Assembly (NCBI RefSeq): GCF_009914755.1
Contig: NC_060933.1
Source: the human T2T-CHM13v2.0 reference genome, Homo sapiens
Strand: one strand, 5' to 3'
DNA length: 64,000 nt
In this document: positions 14,610-27,300 of the stretch, piece after piece
How positions within the stretch are numbered: the first letter of the stretch is position 1
How the letters are laid out: each line of letters opens with the position of its first letter
The notes under the pieces: model-generated
Databases searched by the model: none
Seen by the model: the letters and a program-made list of their open reading frames with translations, nothing else
What the model was told of the DNA's origin: nothing
Made by a program: the position numbers and the translations under genes

Positions 14610-16560
14610 TTTCGTTCCATTCCATTCTATTCCGTATCATTCCATTCCATTCCATTCGATTCCATTCCATTCCATTCCATTCCATTCCATTGTACTCGGG
14701 TTGATTCAATTCCATTGCATTCCATTCCATTCCATTCCATTCCATTCCATTCCATTCCGTTGCATTCCATTCCATTACATTCGGATTGATTCTATTCAAC
14801 TCCCTTACTCTCCCTTACATTCCACTGCACTCGGGTTGATTCCATTCCATTCCATTCCATTCCATTCCATTCCATTCCATTCCGGATGATTCCATTCCAT
14901 TGCATTCCGTTCCATTACATTCCCCTGCACTCGCGTTGATTCCATTCCATTCCATTCCATTGCATTCAATTCCATTCCATTACAATTCGTTCCATTCTAT
15001 TCTATTCCGTACCATTCCATTCCATTCCATGCCATTCCATTCCATTCCATTCCATTCCATTCCGTTCCATTTCGTTCCATTCCATTCCATTCCATTCTAT
15101 TCGGATTAATTCCATTCCATTAAATTCCATTCTATTCCATTCCATTGCAATCGAGTTGAATCCATTGCATTCCATTCCATTCCATTCCATTCCATTCCAT
15201 TCCGGAAGTTTCCATTCCATTGCATTCAATTCCATTCCATTCCCCTGCACTCCCGTTAATTCCATTCCATTCCATTCCATTCCGTTCCGTTCCATTCCAT
15301 TCCATTCCATTCCGTTCCGTTCCATTCCATTCCATTCCATTCTATTCGGGTTAATTCCATTCCATTCCATTCGATTGCAATCGAGTTGATTCCATTCCAT
15401 TCCATTCCATTCCATTCCATTCCATTCCATTCCATTCCTTTCCATTCCATTATGGATGATTCCATTCCATTGCATTCCATTCCATTCCATTCCCCTGTAC
15501 TCGGGTTGATTCCATTCCATTCCATTCCCATCCATGCCATTCCACTCGTGTTGATTCCATTCTTTCCATTCCATTCAAGTTGAATCCATTCCATTGCATT
15601 CCATTCAATTTGATTCCATTCGATTGCACTCAGGTTGATTCTATTCCATTGCATTCCATTCCATTCCATTCCATTCCATTCCATTCCATTCCATTCCATT
15701 CCATTCCGTTCCATTCCATTCCATTACATTCGGATTGATTCTATTCAATTCCCTTACACTGCATTACATTCCATTCCATTCGGGTAGTTTCCATTCCATT
15801 CCATTCCATTCCCCTCCATTCCATTGCACTCGGGTTGATTCCATTCCATTGCATTCCATTCCATTCCATTCAATTCCATTCCGTTCCATTCAATTCCATT
15901 ACATTCGGATTGATTCTATTCAACTCCCTTACTCTCCATTCCATTCCATTCCATTCGGGTTGTTCCATTCCATTCCATTCCATTCCACTCCATTCCATTG
16001 CACTCGGGTTGATTCCATTCCATTCCATTCCATTCCATTCCATTCCATTCCATTCCATTCCATTACAATCGAGTTGATTCCATTCCATTCCATTCCATTC
16101 CAGTCCTTTCCATTCCATTCCACTCGGGTTGATTCTATTCTATTAGTTTCCATTCCATTCCATTCCCTTCCATTCCACTCTGGTTGATTCCATTCCTTTC
16201 CATTCCACTCGAATACATTCCCTCCTATTCCACTTGGAACGATTCCATTCCATTCCATTACATTCCATTCCATTCCATTCCATTCCATTTCGTTCCATTC
16301 CATTTTATTCCGTATGATTCCATTCCATTCCATTCCATTCCATTCCATTCCATTCCATTCCATTGTACTCGGGTTGATTCCATTCCATTGCATTCCATTC
16401 CATTCCATTCCATTCCATTCCATTCCATTCCATTGCGTTCCATTCCATTCCATTACATTCGGATTGATTCTTTTCAACTCCCTTACTCTCCATTACATTC
16501 CATTCCATTCGGGTTGTTCCATTCCATTCCTTTCCATTGCACTTCATTCCATTGCACTCT
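14610..16560 (+). repeat. Second copy of the 5180-7170 segment
   Basis: Same variants as the 5180-7170 copy. Confidence 0.85.
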
Positions 16561-18309
16561 GGTTGATTCCATTCCATTCCATTCCATTCCATTCCATTCC
16601 ATTCCGGATGATTCCATTCCATTGCATTCCGTTCCATTACATTCCCTTGCACTCGCGTTGATTCCATTCGATTCCATTCCATTCCATTCAATTCCATTCC
16701 ATTACAATTCGTTCCATTCCATTCTATTCCGTACCATTCCATTCCATTCCATACCATTCCATTCCATTCCATTCCATTCCATTCCATTCCATTCCGTTCC
16801 GTTCCATTCCATTCCATTCCATTCTATTTGGGTTAATTCCATTCCATTCCATTTGATTGCAATCGAGTTGATTCCATTCCATTCCATTCCATTCCATTCC
16901 ATTCCATTCCATTACTTTCCATTCCATTACGGATGATTCCATTCCATTGCATTCCATTCCATTCCATTCCCCTGTACTCGGGTTGATTCCATTCCATTCC
17001 ATTCCAATCCATGCCATTCCACTCGTGTTGATTCCATTCTTTCCTTTCCATTCAAGTTGAATCCATTCCATTGCATTCCATTCCATTTGATTCCATTCAA
17101 TTGCACTCGGGTTGATTCCATTCCATTGCATTCCATTCCATTCCATTCCATTCCATTCCATTCCCTTCCATTCCACTCTGGTTGATTCCATTCCTTTCCA
17201 TTCCACTCGAATACATTCCCTCCTATTCCACTCAGAACGATTCCATTCCATTCCATTCCATTCCATTCCATTCCATTCCATTCCATTCTATTCCATTCCA
17301 TTGTACTCGTGTTGATTCCATTCCATTGCATTCCATTCCATTCCATTCCATTCCATTCCATTCCATTCCGTTGCATTCCATTCCATTACATTCGGATTGA
17401 TTCTATTCAACTCCCTTACTCTCCATTACATTGCATTCCATTGGGGTTGTTCCATTCCATTCCATTCCATTCCACTCCATTCCATTGCACTCGCGTTGAT
17501 TCCATTCCATTCCATTCCATTCCATTCCATTCCATTCCGGATGATTCCATTCCATTGCATTCCGTTCCATTACATTCCCCTGCACTCGCGTTGATTCCAT
17601 TCCATTCCATTCAATTCCATTCAATTCCATTCCATTACAATTCGTTCCATTCCATTCTATTCCGTACCATTCCATTCCATTCCATACCATTCCATTCCAT
17701 TCCATTCCATTCCATTCCGTTACATTCCGTTCCATTCCATTCCATTCCATTCCATTCCATTCTATTCGGATTAATTCCATTCCATTGCATTCCATTCCAT
17801 TCTATTGCATTCCATTGAAATCGAGTTGAATCCATTGCATTTCATTCCATTCCATTCCATTCCATTCCATTCCGGAAGATTCCATTCCTTTGCATTCCAT
17901 TCCATTCCATTCCCCTGCACTCGCGTTGATTCCATTCCATTCCATTCCATTCCATTCCGTTCCATTCCATTCCATTCCATTCCATTCCATTCCGTTCCGT
18001 TCCATTCCATTCCATTCCATTCTATTCGGGTTAATTCCATTCCATTCCATTCGATTGCAATCGAGTTGATTCCATTCCATTCCATTCCATTCCATTCCAT
18101 TCCATTCCATTCCATTCCTTTCCATTCCATTACGGATGATTCCATTCCATTGCATTCCATTCCATTCCATTCCCCTGTACTCAGGTTGATTCCATTCCAT
18201 TCCATTCCAATCCATGCCATTCCACTCGTGTTGATTCCATTCTTTCCATTCCATTCAAGTTGAATCCAATCCATTGCATTCAATTCAATTCGATTCCATT
18301 CGATTTCAC

Positions 18310-21300
18310 TCGGGTTGATTCCATTCCATTCCATTCCATTCCATTCCATTCCATTCCATTCCGGAAGATTCCATTCCATTGCATTCCATTCCATTCCATT
18401 TCCCTGCACTCGCGTTGATTCCATTCCATTCCATTCCATTCCATTCCATTCCACTCCATTCCATTGCACTCGGGTTGATTCCATTCCATTCCATTCCATT
18501 CCATTCCATTCCGGATGATTCCATTCCATTGCATTCCGTTCCATTACATTCCCCTGCACTCGCGTTGATTCCATTCAATTCCATTCCATTCCATTCAATT
18601 CCATTCCATTACAATTCGTTCCATTCCATTCTATTCCGTACCATTCCATTCCATACCATTCCATTTCATTCCATTCCATTCCATTCCATTCCATTCCATT
18701 CCGTTCCACTCCGTTCCATTCCATTCCATTGCATTCTATTCGGGTTAATCCCATTCCATTCCATTCCATTCCATTCTATTCCATTCCATTGCAATCGAGT
18801 TGAATCCATTGCATTTCATTCCATTCCATTCCATTCCATTCCGGAAGATTCCATTCCATTGCATTCCAATCCATGCCATTCCCCTGCACTCGCGTTGATT
18901 CCATTCCATTCCATTCCATTCCATTCCATTCCATTCCATTCCATTCCATTCCTTTCTGTTCCGTTCCATTCCATTCCATTCCATTCCATTCCATTCCATT
19001 CCATTCCATTCCGTTTCATTCCATTCCATTCCATTCTATTTGGGTTAATTCCATTCCATTCCATTCGATTGCAATCGTGTTGATTCCATTCCATTCCATT
19101 CCATTCCATTCCTTTCCATTCCATTACGGATGATTCCATTCCATTGCATTCCATTCCATTCCATTCCCCTGTACTCGGGTTGATTCCATTCCATTGCATT
19201 CCAATCCATGCCCTTCCACTCGTGTTGATTCCATTCTTTCCATTCCATTCAAGTTGAATCCATTCCATTGTATTCCTTTCCATTCGATTCCATTCGACTG
19301 CACTCGGGTTGATTCCATTCCACTGCATTCCATTCCATTCCATTCCATTCCATTCCATTCCATTCCATTCCGTTCCATTCCATTCCATTACATTCGGATT
19401 GATTCTATTCAATTCCCTTACACTCCATTACATTCCATTCCATTCGGGAAGTTTCCATTCCATTCCATTCCATTCCTCTCCATTCCATTGCACTCGGGTT
19501 GATTCCATTCCATTGCATTCCATTCCATTCCATTGCATTCCATTCCGTTCCATTCCATTCCATTACATTCGGATTGATTCTATTCAATTCCCTTACACTC
19601 CATTACATTCCATTCCATTCGGGTAGTTTCCATTCCATTCCATTCCATTCCTCTCCATTCCATTGCACTCGGGTTGATTCCATTCCATTGCATTCCATTC
19701 CATTCCATTCAATTCCATTCCGTTCCATTCCATTCCATTCCATTCGGATTGATTCTATTCAACTCCCTTACTCTCCATTACATTCCATTCCATTCGGGTT
19801 GTTCCATACCATTCCATTCCATTCCACTCCATTCCATTGCACTCGGGTTTATTCCATTCCATTCCATTCCATTCCATTCCATTCCATTCCATTCCGGAAG
19901 ATTCCATTCCATTGCATTCCATTCCATTCCATTCCATTCCAATCGAGTTGATTCCATTCCATTGCATTCCATTCCATTCCACTCCATTCCAGTCCTTTCC
20001 ATTCCATTACACTCGGGTTGATTCCATTCCATTCCACTCCATTCCGTTCCATTCCATTCCATTCCATTGTATTCGGGTTAATTCCATTCCATTCCATTCC
20101 ATTCCATTCCATTCCATTCCATTCCATTACAATCGAGTTGATTCCATTCCATTCCATACCATTCCATTCCATTCCATTCCAGTCCTTTCCATTCCATTCC
20201 ACTCGGGTTGATTCCATTCTATTAGTTTCCATTCCATTCCATTCCCTTCCATTCCACTCTGGTTGATTCCATTCCTTTCCATTCCACTCGAATACATTCC
20301 CTCCTATTCCACTCGGAACGATTCCTTTCCATTCCATTCCATTCCATTCCAATCCATTCCATTCCATTCCAGTTCGTTCCATTCCGTTCTATTCGGTAAC
20401 ATTCCATTCCATTCCATTCGGTACCATTCCATTCCATTCCATTCCTTTCCATTCCATTCCTTTCCACTCGTGTTGATTCCATTCCTTTCCATTCCATTCG
20501 GTTTGAAGGCATTCCATTCCATTCAATTCCATTCCATTCCATTCCATTCCCTTCCATTCTATTCCATTGCATTGCAATCGAGTTGAATCCATTGCCTTTC
20601 ATTCCATTCCATTCCATTCCATTCCATTCCGGAAGATTCCATTCCATTACATTCCATTCCATTCCATTCCCCTGCACTCGCGTTGATTCCATTCCATTCC
20701 ATTCCATTCCATTCTATTCGGGTTAATTCCATTCCATTCTATTCCATTCCATTCCATTCCAATCGAGTTGATTCCATTCCATTCCATTCCACTCCATTCC
20801 AGTCCTTTCCATTCCATTCCACTCGGGTTGATTCCAATGTATTCCTTTCCATTCCATTCCATTCCATTGCAATCGAGTTGATTCCATTGCTTTGCATTCC
20901 ATTCCATTCCATTCCATTCCGGATGATTCCATTCCATTGCATTCCATTCCATTCCATTCCCCTGCACTCGGGTTGATTCCATTCCATTCCACTCCATTCC
21001 GTTCCATTCCATTCCATTCCATTGTATTCAGGTTAATTCCATTCCATTCCATTCCATTCCATTCCATTACAATCGAGTTGATTCCATTCCATTCCATTCC
21101 ATTCCATTCCATTCCAGTCCTTTCCATTCCATTCCACTCGGGTTGATTCCATTCTATTAGTTTCCATTCCATTCCATTCCCTTCCATTCCACTCTGGTTG
21201 ATTCCATTCCTTTCCATTCCATTTAATTCCATTCCATTCCATTCCATTCCATTCCAATCCGTTCCATTCCATTCCATTCTATTCCACTGCAATCGACTTG

Positions 21301-24300
21301 ATTCCATTCCATTCCATTCTATTCCATTCCATTCCATTCCATTCCATTCCATTCCATTCCATTCCATTGCATTCCTTTCCATGCCATTCCACTCGGGTTG
21401 ATTCCATTCCATTCCATTCCATTCCATTCCATTCCATTCCGTTCCATTCCATTTCATTACATTCATTTTGATTCTATTCAATTCCCTTACACTCCATTAT
21501 ATTCCAATCCATTCTGGTTGTTTCCATTCCATTCCATTCCATTTCACTCCGTTCCATTGCACTCGGTTTGATTCCATTCCATTCCATTCCATTCCGGATG
21601 ATTCCATTCCATTGCATTCCATTCCATTCCATTCCCCTGCACTCAGGTTGATTCCATTCCATTCCATTCCACTCCATTCGGTTCCGTTCCATTCCATTCT
21701 ATTGCATTCCATTCTATTCGGGTTAATTCCATTCCATTCTATTCCATTCCATTCCATTCCATTCCATTGCAATGGAGTTGATTCCATTCCATTCCATTCC
21801 ATTCCGGATGATTCCATTCCATTGCATTCCATTCCATTCCATTCCCCTGCACTCGTGTTGATTCCATTACCTTCTATTCCATTCCATTCCGTTCCATTCC
21901 ATTGCATTCCATTCTATTCCGGTTAATTCCATTCCATTCCATTCCATTCCATTCCATTCCATTCCATTCCATTGCAATCGAGTTGATTCCATTCCATTCC
22001 TTTCCATTCCATTCCATTGCCTTGCATTCCAATCGGGTTGTTTCCATTCCCTTCTTTCCACTCCATTACATTCCCTTCCATTCCACTCGGAATGATTGAT
22101 TATATTCCATTCCATTCCATTTCATTCCATTGCAATCCATTCCAATCCATTCCATTCCATTCCATTCCACTCGAGTTGATTTCATTCCATTCCTTTCCAT
22201 TCCATTCCGTTCCTTTACATTCGAGTTGATTCCATTCCATTCCATTCCATTGCATTCCATTCCATGCCATTCCACTCGGGTTGATTCCATTCCTTTGCAT
22301 TCCATTCCATTCCATTCCATTCCATTCCATTCCGTTGCATTCCATTCCATTACATTCCGATTGATTCTATTCAACTCCCTTACTCTCCATTACATTCCAT
22401 TCCATTCGGGTTGTTCCATTCCATTCCATTCCATTCCACTCCATTCCATTGCACTCGGGTTGATTCCATTCCATTCCATTCCATTCCATTCCATTCCATT
22501 CCGGATGATTCCATTCCATTGCATTCCGTTCCATTACATTCCCCTGCACTCGCGTTGATTCCATTCCATTCCATTCCATTCCATTCAATTCCATTCCATT
22601 ACAATTCGTTCCATTCCATTCTATTCCCTACCATTCCATTCCATTCCATACCATTCCATTCCATTCCATTCCATTCCATTCCATTCCGTTCCATTCCGTT
22701 CCATTCCATTCCATTCCATTCTATTCGGGTTAATTCCATTCCATTCCATTCCATTCCATTCTATTCCATTCCATTGCAATCGAGTTGAATCCATTGCATT
22801 TCATTCCATTCCATTCCATTCCATTCCGGAAGATTCCATTCCATTGCATTCCATTCCATTCCATTCCCCTGCACTCGCGTTGATTCCATTCCGTTCCATT
22901 CCATTCCATTCCATTCCATTCCATTCCGTTCCTTTCCGTTCCGTTCCATTCCATTCCATTCCATTCCATTCCGTTCCGTTCCATTCCATTCCATTCCATT
23001 CTATTCGGGTTAATTCCATTCCATTCCATTCGATTGCAATCGTGTTGATTCCATTCCATTCCATTCCATTCCATTCCATTCCATTCCTTTCCATTCCATT
23101 ACGGATGATTCCATTCCATTGCATTCCATTCCATTCCATTCCCCTGTACTCGGGTTGATTCCATTCCATTGCATTCCAATCCATGCCCTTCCACTCGTGT
23201 TGATTCCATTCTTTCAATTCCATTCAAGTTGAATCCATTCCATTGCATTCCATTCTATTCGATTCCATTCCATTCCATTCCGTTTCATTCCATTCCATTA
23301 CATTCGGATTGATTCTATTCAATTCCCTTACACTCCATTACATTCCATTCCATTCGGGTAGTTTCCATTCCATTCCATTCCATTCCTCTCCATTCCATTG
23401 CACTCGGGTTGATTCCATTCCATTGCATTCCATTCCATTCCATTCAATTCCATTCCGTTCCATTCCATTCCATTACATTCTAATTGATTCTATTCATCTC
23501 CCTTAGTCTCCATTACATTCCATTCCATTCGGGTTGTTCCATTCCATTCCATTCCATTCCACTCCATTCCATTGCACTCGGGTTGATTCCATTCCATTCC
23601 ATTCCATTCCATTCCATTCCATTCCATTCCGGAAGATTCCATTCCATTGCATTCCATTCCATTCCATTTCCCTGCACTCGCGTTGATTCCATTCCATTCC
23701 ATTCCATTCCATTCCATTCCATTCCACTCCATTCCATTGCACTCGGGTTGATTCCATTCCATTCCATTCCATTCCATTCCATTCCGGATGATTCCATTCC
23801 ATTGCATTCCGTTCCATTACATTCCCCTGCACTCGCGTTGATTCCATTCAATTCCATTCCATTCCATTCAATTCCATTCCATTACAATTCGTTCCATTCC
23901 ATTCTATTCCGTACCATTCCATTCCATACCATTCCATTTCATTCCATTCCATTCCATTCCATTCCATTCCATTCCGTTCCACTCCGTTCCATTCCATTCC
24001 ATTGCATTCTATTCGGGTTAATCCCACTCCATTCCATTCCATTCCATTCTATTCCATTCCATTGCAATCGAGTTGAATCCATTGCATTTCATTCCATTCC
24101 ATTCCATTCCATTCCGGAAGATTCCATTCCATTGCATTCCAATCCATGCCATTCCCCTGCACTCGCGTTGATTCCATTCCATTCCATTCCATTCCATTCC
24201 ATTCCATTCCATTCCATTCCTTTCTGTTCCGTTCCATTCCATTCCATTCCATTCCATTCCATTCCATTCCATTCCATTCCGTTTCATTCCATTCCATTCC

Positions 24301-27300
24301 ATTCTATTTGGGTTAATTCCATTCCATTCCATTCGATTGCAATCGTGTTGATTCCATTCCATTCCATTCCTTTCCATTCCATTACGGATGATTCCATTCC
24401 ATTGCATTCCATTCCATTCCATTCCCCTGTACTCGGGTTGATTCCATTCCATTGCATTCCAATCCATGCCCTTCCACTCGTGTTGATTCCATTCTTTCCA
24501 TTCCATTCAAGTTGAATCCATTCCATTGTATTCCTTTCCATTCGATTCAATTCGACTGCACTCGGGTTGATTCCATTCCATTGCATTCCATTCCATTCCA
24601 TTCCATTCCATTCCATTCCATTCCATTCCGTTCCATTCCATTCCATTACATTCGGATTGATTCTATTCAATTCCCTTACACTCCATTACATTCCATTCCA
24701 TTCGGGTAGTTTCCATTCCATTCCATTCCATTCCTCTCCATTCCATTGCACTCGGGTTGATTCCATTCCATTGCATTCCATTCCATTCCATTCAATTCCA
24801 TTCCGTTCCATTCCATTCCATTACATTCGGATTGACTCTATTCAACTCCCTTACTCTCCATTACATTCCATTCCATTCGGGTTGTTCCATTCCATTCCAT
24901 TCCATTCCACTCCATTCCATTGTACTCGGGTTTATTCCATTCCATTCCATTCCATTCCATTCCATTCCATTCCGGAAGATTCCATTCCATTGCATTCCAT
25001 TCCATTCCATTCCCCTGCACTCGCGTTGATTCCATTCCATTCCATTCCATTCCATTCCATTCCATTCCATTCCTTTCCGTTCCATTCCATTCGATTCAAT
25101 TCCATTCCATTCCATTCCGTTCCGTTCCGTTCCGTTCCATTCCATTCCATTCCATTCTATTCGGGTTAATTCGATTCCATTCCATTCGATTGCAATCGAG
25201 TTGATTCCATTCCATTCCATTCCATTCCATTCCATTCCTTTCCATTCCATTACGGATGATTCCTTTCCATTGCATTACCTTCCATTCCATTCCCCTGTAC
25301 TCGGGTTGATTCCATTCCATTCCATTCCATTCCATTCTATTCCATTCCATTCCGGAAGATTCCATTCCATTGCATTCCATTCCATTCCATTCCCCTGCAC
25401 TCGCGTTGATTCCATTCCATTCCATTCCATTCCATTCCATTCCATTCCGTTCCGTTCCGTTCCGTTCCATTCCATTCCATTCCATTCCATTCCGTTCCGT
25501 TCCATTCCATTCCATTCCATTCTATTCGGGTTAATTCCATTCCATTCCATTCGATTGCAATCGTGTTGATTCCATTCCATTCCATTCCATTCCATTCCAT
25601 TCCATTCCATTCCATTCCTTTCCATTCCATTAGGGATGATTCCATTCCATTGCATTCCATTCCATTTAATTCCCCTGTACTCGGGTTGTTTCCATTCCAT
25701 TGCATTCCAATCCATGCCCTTCCACTCGTGTTGATTCCATTCTTTCCATTCCATTCAAGTTGAATCCATTCCATTGCATTCCATTCAATTCGATTCCATT
25801 CGATTGCACTCGGGTTGATTCCATTCCATTGTATTCCATTCCATTGCATTCCATTCCATTCCATTCCATTCCATTCCGTTCCATTCCATTCCATTACATT
25901 CGGATTGATTCTATTCAATTCCCTTACACTCCATTACATTCCATTCCATTCGGGTAGTTTCCATTCCATTCCATTCCATTCCTCTCCATTCCATTGCACT
26001 CGGGTTGATTCCATTCCATTGCATTCCATTCCATTCCATTCAATTCCATACCGTTCCATTCCATTCCATTCCATTCGGATTGATTCTATTCAACTCCCTT
26101 ACTCTCCATTACATTCCATTCCATTCGGGTTGTTCCATACCATTCCATTCCATTCCACTCCATTCCATTGCACTCGGGTTTATTCCATTCCATTCCATTC
26201 CATTCCATTCCATTCCGGAAGATTCCATTCCATTGCATTGCATTCCATTCCATTCCATTCCAATCGAGTTGATTCCATTCCATTGCATTCCATTCCATTC
26301 CACTCCATTCCAGTCCTTTCCATTCCATTACACTCGGGTTGATTCCATTCCATTCCACTCCATTCCGTTCCATTCCATTCCATTCCATTGTATTCGGGTT
26401 AATTCCATTCCATTCCACTCCATTCAATTCCATTCCATTCCATTCCATTCCATTCCATTACAATCGAGTTGATTCCATTCCATTCCATTCCATTCCATTC
26501 CATTCCATTCCATTCCTTTCCATTCCATTCCACTCGGGTTGATTCCATTCTATTAGTTTCCATTCCATTCCATTCCCTTCCATTCCACTCTGGTTGATTC
26601 CATTCCTTTCCATTCCACTCGAATACATTCCCTCCTATTCCACTCGGAACGATTCCATTCCATTCCATTCCATTCCATTCCAATCCATTCCATTCCATTC
26701 CAGTTCGTTCCATTCCGTTCTATTCGGTACCATTCCATTCCATTCCATTCCTTTCCATTCCATTCCTTTCCACTCGTGTTGATTCCATTCCTTTCCATTC
26801 CATTCGGTTTGAAGGCATTCCATTCCATTCAATTCCATTCCATTCCATTCCATTCCCTTCCATTCTATTCCATTGCATTGCAATCGAGTTGAATCCATTG
26901 CCTTTCATTCCATTCCATTCCATTCCATTCCATTCCGGAAGATTCCATTCCATTCCATTCCATTCCATTCCATTCCCCTGCACTCGCTTTGATTCCATTC
27001 CATTCCATTCCATTCCATTCCATTCCATTCCATTCTATTCGGGTTAATTCCATTCCATTCCATTCCATTCCATTCCATTCCAATCGAGTTGATTCCATTC
27101 CATTCCATTCCACTCCATTCCAGTCCTTTCCATTCCATTCCACTCGGGTTGATTCCAATGTATTCCTTTCCATTCCATTCCATTCCATTGCAATCGAGTT
27201 GATTCCATTGCTTTGCATTCCATTCCATTCCATTCCATTCCGGATGATTCCATTCCATTGCATTCCCTTCCATTCCATTCCCCTGCACTCGGGTTGATTC

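Noticed and set aside
22093-22102. DUX4-like site TGATTGATTA
   Set aside because: One base too short for the DUX4 consensus TGATT-RRR-TTA (TAAYYYAATCA), and present in only three copies.
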